From assembly GCA_963665235.2 (NCBI GenBank), contig CAXXLX010000001.1, positions 2,272,001 to 2,336,000 of the forward strand: DNA of 64,000 nt. The letters are read 5' to 3'. Below are positions 1-9,500 of the stretch, in pieces. The notes beneath the pieces are model-generated. The model was not told where the DNA came from, did not search any database, and was given only the letters and a program-made list of their open reading frames with translations. Position 1 is the first letter of the stretch; every line of letters starts with the position of its first letter. Source of the DNA: Candidatus Poribacteria bacterium. GTDB lineage: Bacteria > Poribacteria > WGA-4E > WGA-3G. The position numbers and the translations under genes are program-made.

Positions 1-225
1 TATATCGTTGAAACGAAGCTATGGGAAGGAAATAGGTATTATCAGGCGGGCAAAAAGCAGCTTGCCGCGTATCTCAAATCGGAGCGGGTGTCGAAAGGAT
101 ACTATGTTGTGTTTGACCATCGTGTGAAACCTGAAGCGCGCGTTGAAACGGAGACACTATCCGGTGTGACAATTCGGAGCTATGTCATTCCTGTGATGCA
201 AGAAAACCCTTCAACCTTAAGATAG
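1..225 (+). CDS. Partial (C-terminus) ATPase / PD-(D/E)XK nuclease-like protein
   Basis: Open frame 1 translates YIVETKLWEGNRYYQAGKKQLAAYLKS...GYYVVFDHR...* (stop 223-225). The ExK...Q..Y pattern is typical of PD-(D/E)XK C-terminal domains. 5' end lies outside the window. Confidence 0.6.
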   Translation, partial: YIVETKLWEGNRYYQAGKKQLAAYLKSERVSKGYYVVFDHRVKPEARVETETLSGVTIRSYVIPVMQENPSTLR

Positions 226-229
226 AGCA

Positions 230-1555
230 TCATTTTTGACTTTGTCGTCTGTGCCAAATTCTCCAGAGCAAGGCGGGAATAAGCGGAAGCGCAGCCATGC
301 CCCATAGCACATCACGGACACCAAAAACGTCGAGTGCTGCCCCGACAACTGCGGTAGCAATAGCTCCCATTAGTGTGAAGAGGGCAAACTCAGTACCGAA
401 GATTCTGCCACGTATCTCGTTGGGGGCATATTGGAGGAGCAGCTGTGTTGAAAATACCCAAGCAATTCCGCCGCCAATACTGCGAATGAACCCACCTATA
501 AGCACGTGGGGTAAACTCAAAAGGGGTGCGGCGATAGCGAGTCCAACCGTGCCGATTATATAGCCGAGGCTGATACTCCACCTAAGCGGTGCATCCCGGT
601 CTCCGGTCCAATGCCTTGTGACAATAGGACCTATACCGCTCCCGATACCGGCCATACAGTACATCAGTCCTAAACTGATTGCGCCATCAATGCCGATAAC
701 GAAGTGGGATTTCGCAATTTCGACTTGGGCGATCTGAAAACCGGAATATAGGAATAGCATGATAGCGGCTTTATGAAGGGATATAAATAAAATATCGGGA
801 TGCCGGAGCATGTAGCGCAGCGTCGTAAACTTTACCCCCTCACGAACCACTTTTTTAGCGGTGGCCCGGTGTGGCAGTTTAATCTTTAGCAGAAATCCAG
901 CTGAAATGAGAAAGGTTAATCCGTCGATTATAAACGCGGTGTGAACGCCAAAGAGCCCTGTTGCTAAACCCCCAATAGCAGCACCAAAGGCACACATGAC
1001 GGACCAGGTTGTCGAGCTCAAGGCATTCGCGGTACCGAGTTCGCGTTGTACGGTAATATCCGGGAGGATAGCACTTTTGGTGGGAGTGAAAAAACCGCTT
1101 ACCCCAGAAAGCAGCATCGCGAGGAGATAGAGCAGCCAGATATCGTTTGCGTCTTTGACAGAGAGAAACCCGAGAACAATTACGCCTCTCACAATGTCGG
1201 TGATGATTAGAAGATGCTTCCTATTGTAGCGGTCGGCACATATCCCCGCGAGGGGGGCGACAAAAAAGGGGGCGAGCATTCGTATTGTAAACAGCAACCC
1301 TAATGCAAGTCCCGATTCCGTCAACTTCCTAATCAGGAGCGCAGCCGCAATCACGTTAAACCAATCCCCTAAGAGACTGACAACCTGTCCTGCCCAGAGC
1401 CAGCGGAAGTTTGGATTCGTTCGGATAAGTTCAAGGTAACCGACTAGTTTTTCTCTTTTTGCTGATTCGTCTTTGGGCACAACGGTTTTATCAGGCACAA
1501 CGGTTTTATCAGGTGTTACAGCAGATTGTTCTTTATTAATTGAAAATAAGCGCAT
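230..1555 (-). CDS. MFS transporter (H+ antiporter / macrolide efflux-like)
   Basis: FRWLWAGQVVSLLGDW N-terminal motif, GxxADRYNRK motif A, about 12 hydrophobic segments. Start set to the ATG at 1555 (ORF extends to 1618). Confidence 0.85.
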   Translation of the reverse strand: MRLFSINKEQSAVTPDKTVVPDKTVVPKDESAKREKLVGYLELIRTNPNFRWLWAGQVVSLLGDWFNVIAAALLIRKLTESGLALGLLFTIRMLAPFFVAPLAGICADRYNRKHLLIITDIVRGVIVLGFLSVKDANDIWLLYLLAMLLSGVSGFFTPTKSAILPDITVQRELGTANALSSTTWSVMCAFGAAIGGLATGLFGVHTAFIIDGLTFLISAGFLLKIKLPHRATAKKVVREGVKFTTLRYMLRHPDILFISLHKAAIMLFLYSGFQIAQVEIAKSHFVIGIDGAISLGLMYCMAGIGSGIGPIVTRHWTGDRDAPLRWSISLGYIIGTVGLAIAAPLLSLPHVLIGGFIRSIGGGIAWVFSTQLLLQYAPNEIRGRIFGTEFALFTLMGAIATAVVGAALDVFGVRDVLWGMAALPLIPALLWRIWHRRQSQK

Positions 1556-1695
1556 GAGATTACGATACCACAGTTTCGGTTTTTTGGCAAATTTGGATAA
1601 TCTTCCACTTGACTGCAAATCTATAGAAAATGTATAATTGCGTTGGATATTAACCTTCCTCCAATTGCTTGAGGAATCTTTTTGTGCGGATTAAA

Positions 1696-4047
1696 ATGCT
1701 ACACGCCTTCTTAACTGCCACCCTGATAACCTTCGCCTCTATTATGCCCGGGGCAGCAGCGGAAATCGCCGATAACAGGGCAGATACGTCTCCGATAACA
1801 GATTATTTCGATTACATTACGGTCTTTTCTGATGGGAGGATTACGCGCTTTACGCACATGCCGATTCAGGTGTACATTTCGTCTATGCTGAAGGATGAAC
1901 CGTACTTGGCAGCGATCCGCTACGCGATGCGCGAGTGGGAGACAGTCAGCGCAGGGAAAATTCGCTTCGAAGAGATAGATGTACCGAAGCATGCAGATAT
2001 CCGTGTCACCTGGGGTTACAGTGATCACATGGCATTTCAGGATACTCGGCTCGGCAGTGCGGAGCTAACGCGCTTACGCGATACCGCCGAAGAGGCTCCC
2101 GAGCCAAACGGCAATAATTTTAGGGTGACGGTTATCCTGATGCTGGCGGACGATGAAAACATCGGTAAACTTTCAGACGCAGAGATGCGGACAGTATGTC
2201 TGCATGAGTTCGGACATGCGATTGGATTGTGGGGGCATAGTCCGCATCCGAACGATGTCAGCTACCCCACGGCAACAGCGCAGCATCCCACATTGCGCGA
2301 TATAAACACGTTGCGTAAACTCTATAGTACGCCCTTCAATACACCACAGCACGACACAGCTATTGACATACTCAAAACCGAAATTGCGCGGGAACCGAGG
2401 AGATATTCTCTCCACTATCGACTCGGAACCGTCTACTTCGATAAAGGCGATACGGAATCCGCAATCGCTAGTTTCAAGGCGTGCCTTCGTCTGAATGAAA
2501 ATTTTCAGCCTGCTACTGAGAAACTCCTATCGGTTTACGAAGAGACAGGCCAGTTGTTCACAGCGGTAAATCTCCTTAAACAACAGCTTGAAAGGCAGCC
2601 TTCCGCTTCGAACTATAACACGCTCGGCATTCACTACTACCGCCAAGGGGCGGTGGATAAGGCGATAGCTGCGTTTGAGAACGCCGTTAGTATTGAACCG
2701 TATCACAAAGCTGCTCGACATAACCTGCATCAACTTTTCCTAGAAAAAGCACGTCACGCTTTGAATGCCAGAGACTTCACAACCGCAGAGAACACTTTTA
2801 AGAGGGCCGTTCAACTCAAACCGCTAGATTTGATGATGTACCGGTCTATGGGAGATAGGTATGCACGTGCAGGACTTTATCCAGCAGCTATTCAGCATTA
2901 TCGGGCGGCACTACAATTAAATCCTGCCAATAAATTAACACAGCGGCATCTCGCGCAATGCTATAATAACTATGGAGTCACGCTCAGAAACAGCGGGCAT
3001 TGGGATGAAGCGATTGCTGCCTATCGCAACGCTTTGGAAGTACAGCCGACACTCCATATAGCTCAAACAAATCTGAGCGATGTGTTTTGGCAGCGTGCGA
3101 GGACATATTACAAATCGGGACAGGTGGACAAAGCGATTGCCGCCTATCTTGAATTGCAGGAGCTTCATCCGAAGGATACGGAAATTTTCAGCATGCTTGG
3201 GGACCTATATCTCAAAAAGGGGAATTATCCAGCAGCGGTTTCAGCCTTTCAGAAGGTTCGCGCGGCGAAACCGCATCTCCATAGTGCGCGGCATAACCTC
3301 GTCGTTGCCTATCATCATACTGCACAGGATTTGATGCGGCAGAAAAATTATCGAGCCGCTATTGACCCGCTTCAAAAAGCACTCGCTCTCTCCCCGACCA
3401 CGCCCGGGCTCCGTGTGAGCTTGGCGCGGGCATATCAAAATATCGGTGATTATAGACGGGCCCAAGCCGAATTGGCCTACGTTTTAGCACTAGCACCGGA
3501 GAATCAACAGGCAACAACGGAACAGATAAACCTTCACATTTCGCGCGGAAACGTTTTGATGCAGCAGAAAAACTATGCCGCTGCCCTTGCACAATTTACG
3601 TCAATCCCCGAAACGGAAAGGGATGTTAATATTTGGAACATAATCGGTTACCTCTATCTCATGCAAGATAGACCGTCGGAGGCGTTGGTGGTTTTTGAAA
3701 GGGTGCTCGCGCTTGAACCGCTTAACATCTCAGCGTACCAAAATCTGCTTTCGCTTGAATCACGGTTGAACAACCGGCGCGATACAACAAAGATGGGTGC
3801 GCTGATTCGCACACGGTGTCTACTTGCTATCTCTTTGATGAACCGAAAACAACCTGATGCTGCACTTGTGAAGTACAAACAAGCAAAAGATAACACATCG
3901 GCAGGGCAATACTACCCTATTCTGTTTAACACAGGGGGGCAATTGGCACACGGTTTTGATGCACAAAACGATACGGAACGCAGTGCGAAAATTCGGCGAT
4001 GGCTTGAAGAACTAACTCACAAATTCGGCGGTGTGATTGACCGGTAG
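1696..4047 (+). CDS. Secreted matrixin-family (M10) zinc metalloprotease with long TPR array
   Basis: Signal-like N-terminus, HEFGHAIGLWGHS zinc motif, followed by >10 TPR units. Confidence 0.85.
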   Translation: MLHAFLTATLITFASIMPGAAAEIADNRADTSPITDYFDYITVFSDGRITRFTHMPIQVYISSMLKDEPYLAAIRYAMREWETVSAGKIRFEEIDVPKHADIRVTWGYSDHMAFQDTRLGSAELTRLRDTAEEAPEPNGNNFRVTVILMLADDENIGKLSDAEMRTVCLHEFGHAIGLWGHSPHPNDVSYPTATAQHPTLRDINTLRKLYSTPFNTPQHDTAIDILKTEIAREPRRYSLHYRLGTVYFDKGDTESAIASFKACLRLNENFQPATEKLLSVYEETGQLFTAVNLLKQQLERQPSASNYNTLGIHYYRQGAVDKAIAAFENAVSIEPYHKAARHNLHQLFLEKARHALNARDFTTAENTFKRAVQLKPLDLMMYRSMGDRYARAGLYPAAIQHYRAALQLNPANKLTQRHLAQCYNNYGVTLRNSGHWDEAIAAYRNALEVQPTLHIAQTNLSDVFWQRARTYYKSGQVDKAIAAYLELQELHPKDTEIFSMLGDLYLKKGNYPAAVSAFQKVRAAKPHLHSARHNLVVAYHHTAQDLMRQKNYRAAIDPLQKALALSPTTPGLRVSLARAYQNIGDYRRAQAELAYVLALAPENQQATTEQINLHISRGNVLMQQKNYAAALAQFTSIPETERDVNIWNIIGYLYLMQDRPSEALVVFERVLALEPLNISAYQNLLSLESRLNNRRDTTKMGALIRTRCLLAISLMNRKQPDAALVKYKQAKDNTSAGQYYPILFNTGGQLAHGFDAQNDTERSAKIRRWLEELTHKFGGVIDR

Positions 4048-4061
4048 GTTGTAAGGCAGCA

Positions 4062-4090
4062 AAAAAGGTCGGGCGAACCCGCCCGACCTA
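4062..4090. terminator. Hairpin between convergent genes (intrinsic terminator, U-tract on minus strand)
   Basis: AAAAAA-GGTCGGGCG-AACC-CGCCCGACC inverted repeat. Confidence 0.6.
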
Positions 4091-4119
4091 GACCTGGTAA
4101 ATTCACAGCAAACGTAACC

Positions 4120-4692
4120 TTAACGCTGGCCGCCTTGACCGCCGCGCTGGCCGCCTTGACCGCCACGGAATCTATTCCTGCGTTCCTGTTCGGCGATGAG
4201 CCGTTCTTTCGTCAATTCGTTGAGTTTCGTCAATTCCTCTTCAGACAAAACCTCTTTGAGGCTTGTTTGGAACTCTTTTCCGACGCTTGCAACGATTGTC
4301 TGTCTTTCTTGGTACATCTCCTGCATAACTGTTCTGATATCCCCCCTATTGGGGTCGTCGCGGAATTTTTGCATCTTCTCGCCGAGTGCTTTCATCTTCG
4401 TCGTAAGCGTTTCTCGAGCTGCCTGATGGATAGGACGGGCCTGCACTAACGTTTCGTCGTCCACCTGTACTCTGAACGTTAAGTCCAGCCAAGAGTTATC
4501 GATAAGGGACGTAGCGTCCATGTTCATCATACCCCGGGGGGAGCGTTCACCACGTTCGCCGCGTTCACTACGTTCACCGCGTTCACCGCGTTCACCACGC
4601 TCTGGCCGCTGTGCCGTTGCATGCTCAAAAACAAACACACCAATTACTGCGATTGCTACAATTGCGCTGAGGACAAACCATTTCTGCTTCAT
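4120..4692 (-). CDS. Secreted hypothetical helical protein with ERG/GGQ low-complexity repeats
   Basis: Signal peptide ending HATA-Q, (ERG)n repeats, GGQGGQR x2 tail. Confidence 0.75.
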   Translation of the reverse strand: MKQKWFVLSAIVAIAVIGVFVFEHATAQRPERGERGERGERSERGERGERSPRGMMNMDATSLIDNSWLDLTFRVQVDDETLVQARPIHQAARETLTTKMKALGEKMQKFRDDPNRGDIRTVMQEMYQERQTIVASVGKEFQTSLKEVLSEEELTKLNELTKERLIAEQERRNRFRGGQGGQRGGQGGQR

Positions 4693-4865
4693 TTCACTTC
4701 TCCTATTTTCAAATTGTAAGTGGTTTTCGGCTATCGGTTTTCAGCAAAGAAGGGTTAGGTGATTCTAAAGGGTTATTGTAATTATCAGTCCCTTTTGCTA
4801 ATTGCCGATGGCTATTTAGTTTCACTTCTTTAGTCAAATTTGTTCAGAAAAGGTTCGTTTTTTTA

Positions 4866-4894
4866 TTGACACCTCTCGCTAAGAGCGGTATAAT
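4866..4894 (+). promoter_or_regulatory. sigma70 promoter of fumC
   Basis: TTGACA-17bp-TATAAT perfect consensus. Confidence 0.7.
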
Positions 4895-4949
4895 ATGACT
4901 TGCAAGAATTGCCAATTACCGATTACCAATACAAAATCAGGAGGACTAT

Positions 4950-6341
4950 GTGAAAACACGGATTGAAAAAGATAGCTTAGGCAACGTAGAAGTTCCAGAA
5001 ACTGCATATTGGGGGGCGCAGACACAGCGTGCCCGTATCAACTTCAACATCGGGACTGAACACTTTCCGCCCACCTTCATTCGCGCCCTTGTAATTATCA
5101 AGGCGGAAGCGGCTTCAGTCAATGCGGAACTCGGCTTAATCCCAGGTGACGTGGCGGAGGTCATTATACGTGCTGCGGATGAGATTGCTGCTGGTGAACT
5201 TGCTGACCAATTCCCACTCCGAATCTGGCAGACCGGCAGCGGGACGCAAACACACATGAACGTCAACGAGGTTATTGCTAACCGGGCGAGTGAACTTTTA
5301 GGCGGAAAGCGTGGTGAAAAATTTCCTGTTCATCCGAATGACCATGTGAATCGCTCACAATCCACGAACGACGTTTTTCCGAGTGCAATTCATATTGCAG
5401 TCGTCACAGAAATTACCGAACGGTTGCTGCCAGCTGCTCAAGCATTGCAAACTGCTTTTGAAACCAAAGCAGCTGAATTTTCAGAGATAGTCAAAACAGG
5501 TCGGACGCATTTGATGGATGCAACCCCCTTGACATTAGGACAGGTTTTCAGCGGGTATGCACAACAGACCGCGCATGCACAGACAGCAATTCGGCAGGTG
5601 TTGCCGTTTCTGTACGAGCTCCCGATTGGCGGCACCGCTGTCGGCACAGGGTTAAATGCACATCCTCGGTATGCGGATGCTGTCACGGCAGGAATTGCGG
5701 AGCGAACGGGGCAGCCCTATATCAGTGCCCCTAATAAGTTTGAAGCGTTAGGCGGTCGAGACGCGCTCGTTTCAGCGAGTGGGGCTTTCAAACGACTTGC
5801 CTGCGCGCTCTATAAAATCGCTAACGACATCCGATGGTTAGGCAGTGGACCGCGATGCGGTATCGGTGAATTGGTTTTACCCGAAAACGAGCCAGGTAGC
5901 TCTATAATGCCGGGCAAGGTCAATCCGACGCAGTGTGAAGCGATGACAATGGTGTGTGCCCAGGTTATCGGCAACGATACGACGATAGCACTTGCTGGCA
6001 GCGCAGGCAACTTTGAGCTTAACGTCTTTATGCCTGTCATAGCGTTCAATAGTTTACAATCCATTCAGTTGCTTGCCGATGCTTGTGATGCTTTCCGGGA
6101 GCATTGCGTTGTCGGGATAGAAGCGAACCTCCCTGTCATTGAAGGGTATCTCCAATCGTCTCTGATGCTGGTCACCGCTCTCACCCCGCGCATCGGTTAC
6201 GATGCTGCTGCGCGGCTTGCCCAGCGAGCTCATCGCGAAGGATTGACCCTCCGCGATGTCGCTGTTCTTGAAGGCGAATTAACCCCCGAAGAATTCGATG
6301 CCATAGTTGTACCAAGTCAATTAGTTGCTCCGAACCTATAG
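4950..6341 (+). CDS. fumC: Class II fumarate hydratase
   Basis: [15 protein letters not shown] signature, [33 protein letters not shown] before the GTG start. Confidence 0.95.
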   Translation: MKTRIEKDSLGNVEVPETAYWGAQTQRARINFNIGTEHFPPTFIRALVIIKAEAASVNAELGLIPGDVAEVIIRAADEIAAGELADQFPLRIWQTGSGTQTHMNVNEVIANRASELLGGKRGEKFPVHPNDHVNRSQSTNDVFPSAIHIAVVTEITERLLPAAQALQTAFETKAAEFSEIVKTGRTHLMDATPLTLGQVFSGYAQQTAHAQTAIRQVLPFLYELPIGGTAVGTGLNAHPRYADAVTAGIAERTGQPYISAPNKFEALGGRDALVSASGAFKRLACALYKIANDIRWLGSGPRCGIGELVLPENEPGSSIMPGKVNPTQCEAMTMVCAQVIGNDTTIALAGSAGNFELNVFMPVIAFNSLQSIQLLADACDAFREHCVVGIEANLPVIEGYLQSSLMLVTALTPRIGYDAAARLAQRAHREGLTLRDVAVLEGELTPEEFDAIVVPSQLVAPNL

Positions 6342-6561
6342 CTATGTGCTAGCTGATGGCTAGGGAGTAGGCATTGTCTGAATGCCATGTTGGCTATTGG
6401 AAACCTATGGCTATTGGCAATTAGCAAGAAGGTTGTGATGCTGAGCATATTTCTGCTGTGCGTCAACCCCTCTTCCTCTGGTTTCCAATTGCCAATCGCT
6501 AATCGCCCTTAATGCTAGTAACAACCCCGCCTGCAACAACGGCAGCAGGCGAGCGGCGGCT

Positions 6562-9500
6562 CTATGATTCAAGCTCTTCAACAGGCTCAGCCAGCTCTTC
6601 AACAGGCTCAGCGAGCTCTTCCGGGGGCGTTTCTGTTTGCGACAGCGAGGTATGATTCACCTCGATATGTTGCCATTCTGAAAAGCCAGTGCCAGCCGGA
6701 ATAAGCCGTCCGAGGATAACATTCTCTTTCAACCCTGTCAAGTAGTCCACTTGTCCTTCAACTGCTGCATCCGTGAGGACTTTTGTTGTCTGCTGGAAGC
6801 TGGCAGCGGAGATGAAGCTGTCCGTACTCAGAGAGGCTTTGCCGATGCTTTGGAGCACGGGTTCACCAGTTGCGGGGGTGCCGTTCTCTTCTTGGACGCG
6901 CCTATTTTCTGTGTGGAAGAGCGTTCGGCTGACCTCATCGTTTGCGTAGAATCCGGTGTCGCCGACATCAATGATTCGTATCTTAGTCAGCATCTGTCGG
7001 ACGATGACTTCGATGTGTTTGTCATTTATCGCGCCACTCGGGTAAACGGTTTGGACTTCGTCAACGAGGTATGTCCAGACAGCTTCTTCGCCTTCAAGCG
7101 AATGCCCGTTGATAGTTGTTCTCCCGATAGCGAGGATATCGTGTGGGTTGAGGTATCCATCGGTGAGCCGTTGTCCCGCTTCGACCCAGTCGCCTTCGTC
7201 GACGCGTCGTTTTTCGTCCGGAATTTGGTATAGACGACTTTTCGTTTCGCCATCGACGATTCGGTATTGTGGAATACCCGATTTTTGTCCTTCAAGCTGG
7301 ACGTACCCTTCGATTTCTGCGATTTCGGCTGCATCTTCGCGCTTCGGACGCCGCGCCTCAAAGAGGTCGGTGACGCGCGGGATACCCCGAACGATGTCGA
7401 GGTTTGTCGTTTTCTCGTGCAATTCCGCGAGGGGTTGTTGGGCTTTCACCTTTTCCTCGGCTTCAACAGACACAGAGTATCCGGGCGAAATCAGATGCTC
7501 TTGAGGTTCAGATTTTCCACCATCGACCTCAAGCACAATCCGAAGTGTTGGAATCAAGCCATCTACCTCAACGCCCGGGTACCGCTTCATAGCGGCATCG
7601 TACTCCGCCTGTGAGAGCGTATGTCCGACCTTAAAGGGACAGCGCGGATGTGTGACTGTGTTTACCTTATAGGTAGTTTGTGCTGACGCTTTAACCACTT
7701 TCTTATAATCAGCATCGCTCAACACCTCATCCACCGTAAGGTCTATTTCGGGGTCACTCACCTTTGTCACTTTATAGACGCGTTCTGTCTCGAACCCTTT
7801 GTATTGGCGTTGTGCCCGTTTATAGTCCTCCTCGTCAATTTGTTCATCGGCAGTGAGCGGGCAGTCAGCATGATGAACAGCGAGTATGTGGTACGCTAGT
7901 CGGATATCCGGTAAGGGTGTCTCGGTGTCTCGGTGGTGTTTGACAAGTGCCTTGTAGTCTGTATCTGTCAACACCTTTTCCGCCGGGGCATCATCTACTG
8001 CGTCACTGTTTTCCTGCGTTAGGAAATAAAGTTTTTCCGCGTCAAACCCCTTAAAGTTTCGACGGAACCGGTTCGATTCAGACGATGTAATGAGGTCCCC
8101 CACCTTTGCGGGGAATTCTTCGCTGTGATGAATTGCCGTGATGCGATAGAGCCGTTCGACCTCGAACGCACTTGGGCCTTTCGTCGAAGTCACCTCAAAG
8201 CCGGGGTATTTCTTGAGCGTTTCCTTGTATTCCTTCTCTGTGAGGTACGTCCACTTTGTGGCTGTCTCGGTCTCCTCTATCGCCGGTTCCATCGGACATT
8301 CCGGGTGATGCACCGAGATTAGGCGGTGCTTGAGCCGTTCTACCGTCACTCCTTCGAATTTATCTTTGAGCTTCGATAAATTTTCCGGGGGGATGTGTTC
8401 GCCCGGTTTTAGCGGACATTCCGGGTGATGCACTTCGGTGACACAATAAGGTGGGTTTGTTCGTCGTTTGACTTCAAACGCCTTATACTGCTGCCGTGCT
8501 TCGTCATACGCGGCTTTGGACAACTCCTGCTCGACTGTCAGTTCAACCCCTTCGCTCACCTCTGTAACCCGGTAGACCGGCTCATCAAGTTCTAAGTGGT
8601 ATTGCCGTTCCTGTTCTGGGGTGAGGAGGTCACCTACCTTAAAGGGGCAGCTGGGATGCATTATAGTTTGGATTCTATACATCTGCGGCAGCTCTGGGTT
8701 GCTTTTCCCTTTTCCTTGTATGCGGAGGTATTCCGGATATTCGTCTTCAGTCAGGATATCGCCAGTTTTGGTTTGACGGACCCATTCGCCATCAAAGGGT
8801 CGGATTTGGTCGCGCCATTCTTCTACCTCATTCTCTGATAGGAGCTGCCCCGGTTTGAGGGGGTTGTCTGGATGTGTGACCTGCTTGATAGGGTAGTGGG
8901 CTGCATCGCAACGGAACCGTGAAAAACGTCGGGAACATTCCACATATCCACGGTCTGTGAGCAGTGTTCCGATTTGTAGCTCGGGGGCTGTCGAAACGAT
9001 ATCCGGATTCACAGCCGTCACCTCGTGCGCGGCTAGTTCCGCTTTAAACCCTGGAAAATCTTCCAATGCCTTTTGGTACTGTTTCTCTGTCAGCAGTTCG
9101 CCCGGTTCTAACCGACAGTCAGGATGTTGAACCGTTCTGATTTTGTACCTTGGCTGGTCGGAGTCTTCCTCGTACTGTTTGGCAATCCAGAGGTCGCCCT
9201 CTTTTCGGACAGTTCTGTCGGGGATAAAGTCTCGGAATCGGACGGTACCTGCAGCTTTTGCGAGTGTTTTTCGGGCAAGCCGTTCGCTCACATCTTCAAC
9301 GACCCCGCCTGTATGGAATGTGCGCATCGTTAGCTGTGTGCCAGGTTCACCAATGGATTGGGCTGCGATAATACCAATCGCTTCGCCGACGTTCACTAGG
9401 CGTCCTGAGCTTAAGTCAGTTCCATAGCAGGTCGCGCATGCACCTTTTTCGGTTTCACATGTCAGGACAGAGCGGACACGGACGCTTGGCACTTCCGCCT

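Noticed and set aside
6565-6625. EELAEPV repeats at the rpoC C-terminus, and short repeats in the MFS (1480-1515) and ERG protein (4545-4600)
   Set aside because: Ordinary low-complexity slippage in disordered termini.
7400-9300. Intein in rpoC
   Set aside because: No C/S start, HN-C/S/T end or LAGLIDADG motifs; the location is the known trigger-loop insertion site.
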